63,634 bases of DNA, filler included, from Cercozoa sp. M6MM (GCA_040357565.1; 12 parts of 12 records of this genome joined end to end with filler, not necessarily neighbours in it); one strand, 5' to 3'. Counted from the first letter of the whole stretch, positions 1-12,715 are shown. The notes: generated by a model from the sequence alone, not told the origin. Numbers and translations are program-made.

Positions 1-194
1 TGGACATTCTCTTGAACTTGCTCGAGCTTGGCCTCGCAGGCTTCAATGTTGAGGGAGTGTTGGTCTCGCAAGTGAGACCAACATTTCCAGCTCTCCCACA
101 CAAAGAAGGTCAGAAGCAATAGCCAGGTCACCGCGTGGACGATGCGGCTTCCCGTGAGGCGAGGTGTCACGCGCATCGTCGAGTGGTTGTCCAT
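1..194 (-). CDS. 5' exon of an unknown, probably type II membrane protein (runs off the window edge)
   Basis: Minus-strand ATG at 194 gives MDNHSTMRVTPRLTGSRIVHAVTWLLLLTFFVWESWKCWSHLRDQHSLNIEACEAKLEQVQENV...: a short N-tail, one hydrophobic segment and a coiled-coil-like stem. Confidence 0.4.
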   Translation of the reverse strand, partial: MDNHSTMRVTPRLTGSRIVHAVTWLLLLTFFVWESWKCWSHLRDQHSLNIEACEAKLEQVQENV

Positions 195-942
195 CTGTCA
201 GTGTCAATGTCACGGCAGATGTCACGGAGGGTGAAGTCTTGATCAACGCAGCATCCTTCAGGTGTTTATCACGCGGCCCGATTAGTAATCACAAGAGTGA
301 AAACTTCAAACAAAACAACCACTCTGACTTTTTGTCGTCATTCTTATTACGAATAGGGCGTTTCATTTTCGAAGATCGTGCTTGATGACGTTTCTTCAAG
401 GTCGGTTGACACTATCCGTGCATGCCTTCAAAATACATGGATAGAGGATTCTGATTGTCTCCCTCAGTGAAACAAACACAAAGACCGTGGACTTTCTGAA
501 TCGGGCCTTTGGCACAAATAGAAAAATGTGCTTTTTTGGACACACTACTACAAATTGTAGTGCCACACTGTGGAGCAAAAGATTGACTCTACTCGACTGA
601 CTCGACGCCTCGGTTGACCAAACGTTTCTACTCAATTGACACTGACCAAACGTTTATTGCCTGGCCGGCGCCGCCGACGCGAATCGAATTCGACGCGACG
701 CGTACGCTTAGAACGAAGCTGGGGACGTACAGTACAACATGCGAGCTACCCTAAGCGAACCGGTACCGGCCGCGGTAGTTTAAAACCTGCACTGACCGGA
801 CAGACACGACAACGGAAACGCAGACAACGGAATCGAAACCAACGCGAACAGACTCGAGCTCCGAAGCACAGCGCTAGCGTCGAAGGAATGTGCCAGCGCG
901 TGTGGTGCACTTGCACCGTATCTGCGCCCTCGCAGCTGAATC

Positions 943-1024
943 ATGAGTGACTTTAGCATTCGCCAGACGTTTCCTGGGAGGTCTCTTGTTGGGCTTGCCA
1001 TTCCGTCTGACCCTAAAGGGATGT

Positions 1025-1025
<1 letters not shown>
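943..1025 (+). CDS. First exon of a gene truncated by the contig end; weak resemblance to the AIP1/WDR1 N-terminus
   Basis: MSDFSIRQTFPGRSLVGLAIPSDPKGMW, then a GT donor into a (GT)n tract. The DPKG motif recalls AIP1 but the match is too short to be sure. Confidence 0.3.
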
Positions 1026-1072
<47 letters not shown>

Positions 1073-1172
1073 NNNNNNNNNNNNNNNNNNNNNNNNNNNN
1101 NNNNNNNNNNNNNNNNTTAATTAATTAANNNNNNNNNNNNNNNNNNNNNNNNNNNNNNNNNNNNNNNNNNNN
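1073..1172. other. Artificial contig linker N44-TTAATTAATTAA-N44. Repeated at 4432-4531, 14714-14813, 18298-18397, 26828-26927, 30654-30753, 36305-36404, 47531-47630, 49938-50037, 54024-54123, 57274-57373
   Basis: The same six-frame-stop 12-mer sits inside N runs 11 times. Genes are cut abruptly at these points, usually within microsatellites. Confidence 0.97.
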
Positions 1173-1180
1173 TCCCCTAG

Positions 1181-1336
1181 ACGTTCTGTCGCGCCTGCAT
1201 TCTGGACTGGGCATCACGAAGGCAGACTGAGATGAACCAACGGTGTCCCATGTGCAACGCATCGTTGTTGCGAGGCGCGATTGATCGATTCGAAGCGCGC
1301 GTGCTACTGTACAAACCTGACGAAGAAGCAGTCTAA
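1181..1336 (+). CDS. Terminal exon of a RING-finger protein
   Basis: After the acceptor cctag: TFCRACILDWASRRQTEMNQRCPMCNASLLRGAIDRFEARVLLYKPDEEAV*. This is the second half of a RING domain (FCxxCI..W...CPxC). Confidence 0.75.
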   Translation, partial: TFCRACILDWASRRQTEMNQRCPMCNASLLRGAIDRFEARVLLYKPDEEAV

Positions 1337-1676
1337 AATCTACCTGACCGTCGCGTGATGAAGCTTCAGCCTGGCGGAGTTTTATTAACGCATTGTTACG
1401 TCTGCCTTGACTTTTTAGTCTCTCCTTTCCATTACTAATTGGGCCAATGGTCTGCAGTAACAAAACGAACGGATACGTTAATTGACGTTGAAACCGAACT
1501 AGCTGGTACCGACCGTCGGTCTGGGGAACTAAAACTAACATAGTTGGTTTCCTATACGACTCAACTAACTACCGACCGTCGCGTACGGTATACGTAGCGT
1601 AGGTACGCGTCGTCTCTGTCGCGTCGAAGCGGCACACGCGATCGGCGTCGCCCGAATCCCAAGCCGACCGTTCGGG

Positions 1677-1768
1677 TCAGAGTCGAGGTTGAACTGCGTC
1701 CGAAGCCAAAACGACGATTTCGGCCGCCTCGCGTGCGGCCTGATTTGCGGCACAAAAGACATGTGAAA

Positions 1769-1817
<49 letters not shown>

Positions 1818-1827
1818 NNNNNNNNNN

Positions 1828-1877
<50 letters not shown>

Positions 1878-4350
1878 AGAGTGGCTACCGATGTGGTCAC
1901 TCGCGGTACGAGCTGCAGCAGCGCATCGTCCAGCTGCCGTCGCTGCGCAGGCGAGAAGGTCGCACCGGCGCGCTCGGCATCGCGACGCAGCTGCACAGAC
2001 AGAAGGACGTTGCAGACTACTGCACCAGGCAGAGGAGTGTACCAAAGCGAGTTCGCAGAGAACGTTGCCGCACAGTTCGCGGACGCAGACCTCTCGTCTC
2101 CTAGCTTCGTCGCTACAGCGATATACATATCTGAGTATATATACAGAGGATATAGATACATGATACATAGATACATGGATACATGGATACATAGATACAT
2201 AGATACATGGATACATAGATACACAAGAATAAATATGTGGATACACCGTACAGATACAGTGCGCATACCGAGGCAAGTCGTCGTCATTCCAGCGTAGTAG
2301 GAAGGCATCGCTACGACGACAGACGTCGGCGCCGCGCGTCCACAGGTCGGCCACCCGCTGCGCCAGCTGCGTGTCGTCCTGCCGACCGGCGGCACGCTGG
2401 GCAGCGCGCAGCAGCACGCGCGCCAGGTCGTCCTCGCCGTCGTCGCAACTGGCCGTACGCAGGGCACGTGCCTACATGCATACAAAGATACTCATACATA
2501 GAGACATAGATATAGATAAGTAGATACACAGATATAGATAAGTAGATACACAGATATAGATAAGTAGGTACAAAGATATAGATAAGTAGGTACACAGATA
2601 TAGATAAGTAGGTACACAGATACATATACCTACATAGATACATAGAGACATATACACACATAGAGACATGCATATGTATGCACCTGCTGTCGCAGCGAGG
2701 TGGCGTCCAGGAAGACAGCGCCGCCGACGGACCAGTCGTGCGCGCGGAGTGTCGTCTCCGATCGGAGTGTCTCGGCGGCGGCGTCGTCGTCGAGCGACTG
2801 CAGCGGCAGCAGTGCCTCCTGCTCCGGTGCCTCGTCCTCGTGGTCGGACTCCTCGTGGTCGGACTCCTCGTGGTCGGACTCCTCGTGGTCCTCGTCGTCG
2901 CGCATGTCGGCATCGACGCTGCGTGCGATCTGCCGCAGCCACTGCGAGACCTCGTGCGTCGAACCTTGCAGGTACGAGTCGGCCAGGAGGGACGATCTGT
3001 CACGTGCATGCATGGACAGTACATATACATATACAGTGCATGCAGACAGTACATATACAGACTAGTACACATGGACAAGTACATATACAGTGCATGTAGA
3101 CATGTAGACAGTACATATACAGACAGTACATATGGAAAGTACATGTGGATAGTATATGTGGACAGTATAGGTGGACAGTATATGTGGATATGAGGACAGT
3201 GCATGTGATGTACCTGCAGAGTGCCTCGTGTGCCGCCGCCACGCGACCGAGCGACAGCAGCGACTGCACGCGCACGCGCACCTGGCCGCACTGCTGCGCC
3301 GCCGCCGCACGCGCCGACACCAGCCACGTCTCTGCACAGTTGGCATAGAAGGGGGGGGGTAATAGGGCAGGGAGACTACCAGGCACACAGGCCTCCTGCC
3401 GCAGGAAACGCAGGCGCTGCTGCCGCCGTTCGACGAAGTGTTCGCGTGCTTCCACAAAGCCGTGTGATTCCTTCTGCAAATAGGGGAGGGGGTGAAGAAG
3501 GTAGGGTAACGAGCTAGGTAGGTGTACATCCAGATACTCGGACGTGAACCGACTCGGGGTGGGCAGGTCGCGCTGGATCTCGCCCTGGAGAGGGGGGGGG
3601 GTAAAGGGGTTGAGAAGGGGGGGGGTAAAACTACAAGACAGGCAGGCGAGTCGTCGTTGAGATACGCTGTCAGCAGCGTCTCGCACCTGCACATGCACAA
3701 ACGTACACACTTACCGACTTACCTCCTTCCCCTATAACCCTATAACCCTATACCCCTATACCCCTATACCCCATAACCCAACACCCCATAACCAATACCC
3801 CAATACCCCATAACCCAACACCCCATAACCAATACCCCAATACCCCATAACCCAACACCCCATAACCCAAGACCCCATAACCCAAGACCCCATAACTTAA
3901 TACCCCATAACCAATACCCCATAACTTAATACCCNNNNNNNNNNNNNNNNNNNNNNNNNNNNNNNNNNNNNNNNNNNNNNNNNNNNNNNNNNNNNNNNNN
4001 NNNNNNNNNNNNNNNNNNNNNNNNNNNNNNNNNNCAATACCCCAATACCCCATAACCCAACACCCCATAACCAATACCCCATAACTTAATACCCCATAAC
4101 TTAATACCCCATAACCCAATACCCCCATAACCCTATATCCCCATAACTTAATACCCCATAACTCAATACCCCATAAGCCAATACCCCATAACACTAGTCG
4201 CTACCTATGCCGGATACGAGTGGGCGACAGAGCGAGCGCGTGCAGCAGACGTAGCGTGCCACGCAGCAGGTAGACGGCCCAGTGCCACATGTCGGCACGC
4301 AACGGCAGCACGGCGCTCTCGACGTCGTCGCACCTGTCCAGGTTGCCTGC
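1677..4350 (-). CDS. NUP98: Nucleoporin Nup96 (C-terminal part of Nup98-96), multi-exon, 5'-truncated
   Basis: Spliced exons give MWHWAVYLL, LRFLRQEAC/ETWLVSARAAA, LLSLGRVAAAHEAL and AHDWSVGGAVFLDA. These match Nup96 motifs (LWEWAIFVL; FLxxxLxVPxxWIxEAKA; IxDWxxGGxVYLDY). Stop TGA at 1677-1679. Confidence 0.7.
3732..4192. repeat. Intronic C-rich minisatellite (CCCCATAAC / CCCCATAACTTAATA units)
   Basis: Tandem 7-15 nt units visible directly, interrupted by a 100-N gap. Confidence 0.9.
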
Positions 4351-4573
4351 CTGCGGGAGGGGGGTAAGGGGGTGAGAGGGTGTGGGGGTATTAAGTTATG
4401 GGGTATTAAGTTATGGGGTATTGGTTATGGGNNNNNNNNNNNNNNNNNNNNNNNNNNNNNNNNNNNNNNNNNNNNTTAATTAATTAANNNNNNNNNNNNN
4501 NNNNNNNNNNNNNNNNNNNNNNNNNNNNNNNCAAAAGGGGGTAAAGGTGGGGATAGAAGTAAAGGACCAACAT

Positions 4574-4675
4574 ACCCAACACGGCGAGCCATCCCAGTAC
4601 GAGTGACCGCACAAACGGCGATCTCTACCGCAACATCCGCGCGGACACAGGCACACATATCCGCGTGGACACGAA

Positions 4676-4706
<31 letters not shown>

Positions 4707-5813
4707 GAGAGAGGGAGAGAGAGAGAGAGAGAGAGAGGCAGGTACGACACGCAAACGCTCGCGCAGTAGTCCCACGAGCGAGTTGACGTCAATGTCGGGT
4801 GCCGCCATCACCACTGTCGCAGGGGGATTAACGGGGGAGGGGTAAAGTAATAAGAGTGAAGTCAGAGACCCTACCATCCTTCACGAGTCGATCCAGGAGT
4901 TGCGCACCATTCTTCACCTGTCCAGAAGGGTAGAGGGTTAGAGAATAGAGCTATATGGGTACGAGTAGGGCTGTAGGGCTAAGTTAAAAGAAGTAGGGTC
5001 AAAGAGGTCAAAGGGAGGGGGGGTAAGAACCTCGTCATCGACGTCGCCGCAGGCATCGCAAACGGCAGCGAGCACTTCGTTGAAGATGGCGAGAATGCCC
5101 GATTGTGCCACCTGCGGAAGGGAGTCAAGTTAGCCTGTATGTTCAAGTGTGTTTGTACCTTAGTGATGTTGTACATGGCCTCGCATGCATTGTACCGCAC
5201 GCGAGGGTCCTCATCACTGATCTAAACCAAACATCATCATCAGACACCGACCAGGTAGGCGAGGCGTATGGGCATACGGACAGACTGATACCAGCACCAG
5301 TGCCGGAGCTGCCACAGCGTCCAGAAAGTCCGGCAACTTATCGTGTCCTGAGGACAGGCATAAAGTGAAAGACAGTGATGGGGGAGGGGGTAAACAGGCA
5401 CCGATGGCAATGGCAGCTGCCGAGAGTCCGATCAGACCGCCTTTGCGCATATTCGGATCGGCAGACTCGACAAAATCCTGGGGGGAGGGGTAAAGGGTAC
5501 GGGTACAAAGGAGGGGTAAAGCTTGAACAGAGTGTGGTAGGACACCTCGCGGAGAACGTCGATCGTCGCAAGCACGGCATCATCCTGGCCCTTGTTCAGC
5601 AACACCTTTATCGAACGCTCCAGCTGCACTGCCGCCGTCTTTCGCTACAAACCGTTTTCCTTGTTTATCAAAAACAGAAACGTCGGTTGTACCTTCTCAT
5701 AAGTGCGGTCGCCGAGCGCCCGACGCAAGGTCACCTATTTTTGGTTTTTCGTGATTGAATGCAGATCATGCAAAAACAACATTAGGTACTGGGATTAGTT
5801 CAGTGGCAGACAT
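4574..5813 (-). CDS. VAC14: Vac14 (PIKfyve/Fab1 complex scaffold), N-terminal exons, 3'-truncated
   Basis: Spliced: MSATELIP/VTLRRALGDRTYEK/RKTAAVQLERSIK...NMRKGGLIGLSAAAIAI...RVRYNACEAMYNITK...AAPDIDVNSLVGLLRERL. These are hallmark Vac14 HEAT motifs. Confidence 0.93.
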
Positions 5814-5952
5814 CGTGTGCTGGACCAAGTGTGCTCGCACTTTTAGCGCGATTATCGCGATCTGCCACTGTGCCTTTTTCTTATTATTTTTGGAGTGACG
5901 TTGGTTTCACCTCCTGCCTTGTGCAATACGCTGCCATAAAGGTAGCGAGGGC

Positions 5953-6528
5953 ATGAGCACAGTGGCAGTTGATTTGCCTGAGGGCGATGAGTCCGTTCGC
6001 GTCGATACCATTCTCGGTCAGGTCGCCGTGGTGATCTGCCCCTTGCAAAATTTCTAAAATCAATCGAGGAGGCAACTGTGTGTTGGCACACGTGTTCTAT
6101 TTTCGCACAGGTGCTAGACGGTGACTTTGATGGCCCGGTGTTTTTGACGGTGCCAGAGTTCGGTCTGACGTGTAAGTCGAACTGACAGTGTCTCCGCAGT
6201 GTGTCTTGTGTATGTCTGTGTGTTTGTGCACTTGTGTCTGCTTGCAGACCAGACGTGCTGGCAGACGTTTTCGCTGTTCGCGCGCAGTTCGACGAAAACT
6301 GCGCTCTGTCGCTGCAGTTTTGCGCACCTGTCCTGGCCTTACGACACGCGTAGTTTCCGTCTTGTGTCGTGTGTCGACCAACCCCCGTGTTTGTATTTAT
6401 TTGTATGTGTGTATGGCACAGAGAATGAAGTGACACCAGATACGCTGATCGAAGTGCTGCACCAGGTATGTGTGTGTCTGTGTCTGTGTCTGCGTGTGTG
6501 TCTGTGTATCTGTGTGTGTGTGTGTGTG

Positions 6529-6586
<58 letters not shown>

Positions 6587-6864
6587 TTAAGACACTCACT
6601 TGTGGTTAGGTCGTACAACACCTGCACTCGAGATACCCGAGTTTCCCCAGTCAGGTAAGCCCGAGTGCAATGTGCAACTAATGAGCCACCTCTGATGTGT
6701 GTGTGTGTGTGTGTATGTGTGTGTGTGTGTGTGTGTTCTGTGTGACGCAGCTGTTCCTGATGGGAGTCGGCACGGCCGGACGCACGCTGCTTTCCTTTGC
6801 TGCTCGATACCAACAGATGGTACGCAACCCACCAGTCGACTGAACCAGTCTCAGTCAGACGGTA

Positions 6865-6916
<52 letters not shown>

Positions 6917-7550
6917 CAGGTCAGAGGCGTCGTCTTGCTGAACACTGGCTGTGGCGCACAAGGCTGGTACCTCCATATCCATGTATTCATATATCCATAC
7001 ACATCCATTCATGTTATATATATATATATATACATGTAGAAAGATGATATGGTTAATTCGAATGTATGTGTGCGACAGGCTGGAGTGGGCCCACGTTTGG
7101 CTGCAGTCGCCGGTGGACGCGCACCTCGAGCGACTCTTTTGTCAGCTCACCAAGCGCAACCTGCTGGATGTAGCTTTATTCCTTCCCATGTGCTTTCACC
7201 TCCCCTCCATTTACTTTCCCCTCCATGTGCTTTCACTCCCATGTGCTCCGCCGAGAGTAGTACCACCGCCAGGAGTTTCTGCGACTGTCGAGCGAGCACC
7301 CGAAACTCGCCGACTACCTCGCTCTGATCGACCGTCGTCAGCAGGTCGCCGCTGATACCGCGCGCAAGCTGCCCGACGTGCCGTACCTCTTGGTACCCAG
7401 TCTTGCGTCCATGTGGATATCAGCACTCTGTAAACACTACTTTCAGGTGACTGGAGACCTGTCGTCGGAGGAGCAAGACTGCGCCGAACTGCGAGCACGC
7501 CTCCTGGCTGCCGGTATCGGCGACGTCGAGTCCGTCTCTCTGGTGACTGC

Positions 7551-7595
<45 letters not shown>

Positions 7596-7807
7596 GCACG
7601 CACAGACACACACACATGTATTTTCCTCTGCCCTGTAGGCTGACGTGGGCGCACTCGCATGCGAAGAAGCCCCGGTAACCTATGTCTCTCTCCCCATATA
7701 TCTATCTCTTGTTGATGCACGTGCGTATGTGCTCGCAGCGACGCTTGCTCGAACCGCTCGAACTGTGGTTGCACGGCATAGGCGTACGTCCGCGCAACAG
7801 TCACTGA
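5953..7807 (+). CDS. NDRG-family alpha/beta-hydrolase-fold protein (about 12 exons)
   Basis: Spliced: VRVDTILGQVAV/VLDGDFDGPVFLTVPEFGLTYQTCW...LMGVGTAGRTLLSFAARYQQM/VRGVVLLNTGCGAQGW/LEWAH...VTGDLS...EEAP/RRLLEPLELWLHGIG*. It parallels NDRG motifs (GVGAGAYIL, GLVLIN...GWMDW, EQPxKL..FxQGxG). Confidence 0.8.
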
Positions 7808-7999
7808 TATACAAATTTACAAGTAGACTTCTTCCGTTAATTTCTCGACTTGAATTAAGGGTGCGCGGGCACATCTCAGTTCAACGCATTTCCAGGATCC
7901 ACACTAAATGCGTTGAACTTAGTGGTGCTGTCTGGCGCAACGCACGGTGCGTTTGCTTTTAGCACCCGGGCTTGGCTTTGAGTTTTTTTTTGGCGCCGG

Positions 8000-10690
8000 A
8001 TGCCAGCGGAATCGGATGACACACGTCCTCGGCCTCGTACTCCATCTCTTTTTCCTTGACCCGTCGGTGTGAACTGGTTTTGTGTGCCCTGCAGAATCGG
8101 CGCCCGCGCGTTCAGTGAAGCCTCGGCGACTGTTCAAACGACGCCGGGTGCTCCGACCGCAGCGTCAGACCGACACAGACAGCGCCGATACCGAAAACAA
8201 CGACACATTAAGCGTGCATAGCGAAAACAACGGCACACAGACTGCTCCAAGGGTAGTGGAAACGCAGCAAGAAGACGACTCGCACTGGCTTGGCCTCTTG
8301 GTACGTTTGTCGCCTCCGGTGCTATGTCGTCGGCATGTCCATACTCGAAAACTATACAGAAAGAAGAGCCGATAACTCCTACAACACCGATTGGACTGTA
8401 TCCATGTTGTATAATATTCGAAGAGCATCATGTGTCTGTGCATCTCCAGGCGGCGTTTCAAGAGTCGAAGGCGCGCATTCATGCGTGCTTGCACTGTAAT
8501 ATTAATTGACTCTCCAGACAAATGATACCTCCAGTTCGATCGTGTGAAATCTTTTGACATCAACAGCCAGAGCGGGAGAAACGCATGATCGCTTTCAGCA
8601 GTCCACACTCGCGCGGCAGTCTCCGTGACACTCGTGCCGACGACAGCGACGAGAGCGGCGGTTTACTGCGTCGCAGTTTCAGTGGTGGCTCGCTTCCTTA
8701 CTTGGTACAGCAGTCTCTTTCTCTCTCCCTCCGACAGTGTACAGCATGAGCAGAATATAAACTTGTCATTGAATGACTTCAGACTGGTGATCTCCGTGCC
8801 GACTTGGAACATGTGCGAACAGCGAGTGGTCATGAGGCAGCACGTGGTACATTCAGTCTCCTGTCTTTCTTCCTGTGTGTGTGGTACTTTCGGTCTGTAG
8901 CCATCGCTCACCTGGTGAGCACAATCCGTGCACAGCCCGATGAAGCGTCATCCCGAGGTACTTCAGGCCTGCTGTTGTTGTGAAGTACAGTCTGTGTAAC
9001 TCTGACAGGCTACGTGTCGCTCTTTGTGCACACACTGCTGCGCTTCTTTTCGTCGCCGTCGCCTTTGGCTGAGACCGAGGATGGGTCGGCAGAGCTGGCC
9101 GCGCACGAGGCACTGATCTCGCTGCTACAGCTGCGAGGTACCTACTGCTTTTGGTGCATGCTGATCGCGTCATAGCGTTGACTGGCGACAGGTGTGTCGG
9201 CGTCGCGTTACGTGACACTGCGGCATGTACACGTGGCTCTGTCCCATGTGTTAACGCCTCGGAATAGTCAAAGTGGTCGTAGTGACCGAAAGGACAGAAC
9301 AGAGACGGCACAGACGGATCAAAGTGACGCTGCGGTACACGGAAAAAGTCGCATGCGATCACGCCGTCGCAGGGGCGGCAGAAACAGCAATGTTGCAAGT
9401 CAAAGTCAACCCGAAGACGAGAGTGAAGTGTGCGACATCAGTCGACCTCTCATAGGTGTGTGGTGCTTTTGCGATTTCAGTCGTCCTCTGCTTTAGATGT
9501 CAGTGCGGTTGTGTAGAAACAGGAAAAGTCAGTTCCTCCGGCAGTGTTGCCTCTCTGTGCGCGACATGGCTGCTGCTGCTCGCCGGTTGTTCCTGCGACA
9601 ATGGGTCGCGCCATGTCGGTACCGATAGTTTATTACGTACATTTATATATATATATATATATATTACAAGTACCTTGGTGTAGACAAAGTGGACACCAGT
9701 GCGGGCAATCCACTGACGCAGTTGGATCTGCCAACGTATCGACGTGTGGCACTCGGTGTTGCTACTGTCACCCGAGTTCAGGTACCTTTGCACGAACAGT
9801 CAGGCAGGTGCTTTCTTGTAAGTTTAGTGTATCACATGTGTCTGCTTTTAGCCGACGAAAGATAGTGTCACGAGACTGCGTGCACTTGTGGCTGTTTTGA
9901 TGTGCGCACGTGGACGCACCCAGACGCAAACAGTGTTGTTGGCACTCACTAACCGTGTGACTGACACCGTTGATCGCACCAGCGACTCCGATAGCGATAG
10001 TGACACCACTGATGGTGACTCGGACGGTGAAAACGCCAAAGCCTCTGCTGACTGCGAGTACGTACTTCGGTCGACGGTACCTTGGGCGACCAGTTTGCTG
10101 CTCGACGCAATTTCCAGCACTCTTCACTCTTGTATGTCTACTCCCGTTTCTTGACTTGGTGCATGTTTTTGGGGGAGGTCCGCTCGTTGCAGGCAAGATC
10201 AGGCAGGACAGCGTGGAGAAACGCCTGCTGCGACTGGTCGTACGACTGCTGCAGCGACTGTGTGCCGCAGCTGCCGCAAGTGCTGGTGCAGAGTTGCGCC
10301 CGGCCTGCGCGCGTGTGCTGACAGAGCTCACGGTGCCTTTAGTTTTTTCCTCTTGCTGTTGTTGTTGTTGTTGAGGCTGATGATGTGCAGGCCACAAGTG
10401 CATGTCACCGACAACATGTACACCATCTGCTGTCGTCTTCGTTGGCACCAACATTGAGCGGTCTGCGGCCGCCTGTGCTGCCTGAACAGGAATGGAACGC
10501 ACTGCTGACTGTACCTTTCTTTCAGGACATCAACCTACACTTGTCTGTTGCCATGACTGGTGTTGGCAGGCTCTTTTCTACGGACTGCCCGACGAGCGTG
10601 AGAAGTTCAGCGCAGCGTTACTTCAACTGCCCTTGTGACCACGCTAGCTGCCCTAGCTCCAGTCGGAAACCACTGATCGATAAGATATGA
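8000..10690 (+). CDS. Hypothetical multi-exon protein, probably alpha-helical; boundaries approximate
   Basis: Series of GT-AG-bounded coding-like exons (KPRRLFKRRRV; GYVSLFVHTLLRFFSS; VEKRLLRLVVRLLQRL). No family recognised. Confidence 0.45.
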
Positions 10691-10763
10691 TAAGACGAGC
10701 TTTAAGCTACGCGACAGTGACCTAAACAACCACTCGACTCACGTCACGCCGGGTCCACGTCAC

Positions 10764-11878
10764 TTAGAGCGACTTAACCTTGACGGCCTTCTTCTCAGAG
10801 ACCTCCAGGTCCTCGACGACGCGCTTGCCGGCGCGCCAGGCCAGGCCGGCCGGCAGGAACATCCAGATGAAGTTGGCGCCGAAGCAGAACCAAAAGTACA
10901 GCACTGTCCGCGCATACACGTAGACAATGGAGATATACACCTAGATTTATATGTGTGTACCGTGGTGGAAGGTGAAGTCGAGGTTCCAGTCGAACGGGAT
11001 GTTGATGGCGCCGTCCTTGAGCTCCGGGATGACGAAGAAGAGCGCACCGGCGTAGTGGAAGCAGCAGGTGACGATCTCCATAAGGCGCGCCCACTTCTTG
11101 CCGTGCCAGTAACCGTAGTACGTCAGCAGCGCCAACGGCGCGTGGTGCGTGATCTCGATCAGACCAATCGTCCAGGGCACCGAGTGCTGTGTAGAGAAAG
11201 AGACATGGAGGGGTTAGAAGTTCAACCAGCAGAATGAACAGGTTTTGTGCTACCTCAACGATGAAGCGGCGGTCCATGATCTTGTACTGCTCGTCAAAGA
11301 GCTTCCACTGGTGCAGCGTGCCTGCAAGGAAGGAAGTGAATTGACACACACAAAGAGACGGGTCTGGAGTAACACGCCAAAATACCAACAAGGCCGTCCA
11401 TGCCGATGTGGATGAGCACGCCGTTGAGCAGGTACCAGCGCGCCGTCATCTGGTCGGCCTTGGAGAGCTTCACCGTCTTGCCTGTCGCACAAGTACACAA
11501 TACACAAGACATATCTGCTGGCAACAACAACAGCCCAAGAAAACAACAAAGCGGCTAGCCTACCACTGTGCGTGATCAAAACAGTCGCAATCAGCAGGAT
11601 CAGCAGCGAGAGCGGCACACGGTCGAGGAAGAAAGGAATCACCTGGAGATAACTCAATCATTGTGGCAGGGGGGGGCCCCCCCCCAGCAGACTGCACGCA
11701 AACGCACCTCCTCGGGTCTTCCGTTCAGGTAGGCCATGCCGGGCGGCACGATGAGGCAGAAGATGCAGAACCAGACCGTCGGGTCCACCAGAATCGACAG
11801 CTGGGATTGATTGACGCACCACATTCACCGCCACAGGACACAACAACGCAGGGAACAGATCGCGAGGAGATGTACCAT
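10764..11878 (-). CDS. Emopamil-binding protein (EBP/EBPL, sterol delta8-delta7 isomerase) family membrane protein
   Basis: Spliced: ARWYLLNGVLIHIGMDGLV/GTL...QYKIMDRRF...GLIEITHHAPLA...YFWFCFGANFIWMFLP...KVKSL*. EXPERA-domain motifs and a C-terminal KxKxx ER-retrieval-like signal. Confidence 0.85.
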
Positions 11879-12715
11879 TGTGGCGCTCCTGGACAATAAT
11901 GCACACACAAGAACAAAGAAAGTGACGGCGGCGCCGGTGCGCGACACGTGTCGGGCGACGGGGCGGAGCGCCCAGAACCACATATTAAATTTCACCTCTG
12001 TAGTGGCAGTTTGTTGTTAGTGCGCACACACGTGCAAATATCAAATTATACGCTATCGCGTCAAAGAAACTTCATCTAATAACTGTGGCACTGACTTTCT
12101 CGTACCGGCTCGCGATTAATACTGTTGCGAGGTTTCTATTAGTTGTATAATGTAGCAACCTAACAGTTGTATAATGTAGCAACCGAGACAAAGCGCAGTA
12201 TGCACGAAATTGGCTCCAACCTCGAAGTGGCCCGGTCGAATTGTGCACGTCACGCCATGCTCGCGCCAGGGTCATGTCACGATGCTCGAAGCTCTCTCGC
12301 TTTAGCACAGTAGCAGTTGTGCCCTCAACGACAGAGACTGAGATACATCAAGTCGCTGTGGAAAAACAGTTCCTCGGTGCTTGAGTCTGACAGCAGTGGT
12401 TGGCATGGCTCGCTCATCGTTGCTGCTGCTGCCACTCGCACTCCTTTTCCAGGCGTGCAGTAGTGCCCAACTGCCCGTGAGCAGGTACTGTGCCCTATCA
12501 AATCCTGACAACTCCACGCAGTTGCACTCTGCAGTTTCGCCCTGAAAGAGAGGATGAATAATCTACACACATTTTAGTCTAAGTGCGATCGACGCCAAGT
12601 TGTCGCAACTGCCGTTGTTTTCGGCGTCTCAAAATGAGCCTCAAGGGTAGCGCGCAGCGTGCAACAGGATTGTGAGTTCACACAATGATGTTTGCTGGAG
12701 CACAGTGACCCGCGA

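Noticed and set aside
58-83. 10-bp hairpin tgttggtctc-gcaagt-gagaccaaca
   Set aside because: Isolated and inside a probable coding exon; one such stem is plausible by chance in 63 kb.
1073-1172. Recurrent TTAATTAATTAA motif as a biological repeat or recombination site
   Set aside because: Always embedded in fixed-length N runs; it is an artificial six-frame-stop contig linker.
3732-4192. Telomere array or CRISPR-like array
   Set aside because: Units are irregular, intronic, lack unique spacers and do not match a uniform telomeric repeat. No cas genes; eukaryotic context.
12141-12184. 20-nt direct repeat agttgtataatgtagcaacc x2 (also tgaccaaacgttt x2 near 616-655)
   Set aside because: Only two copies each; consistent with ordinary local duplication, no evidence of function.
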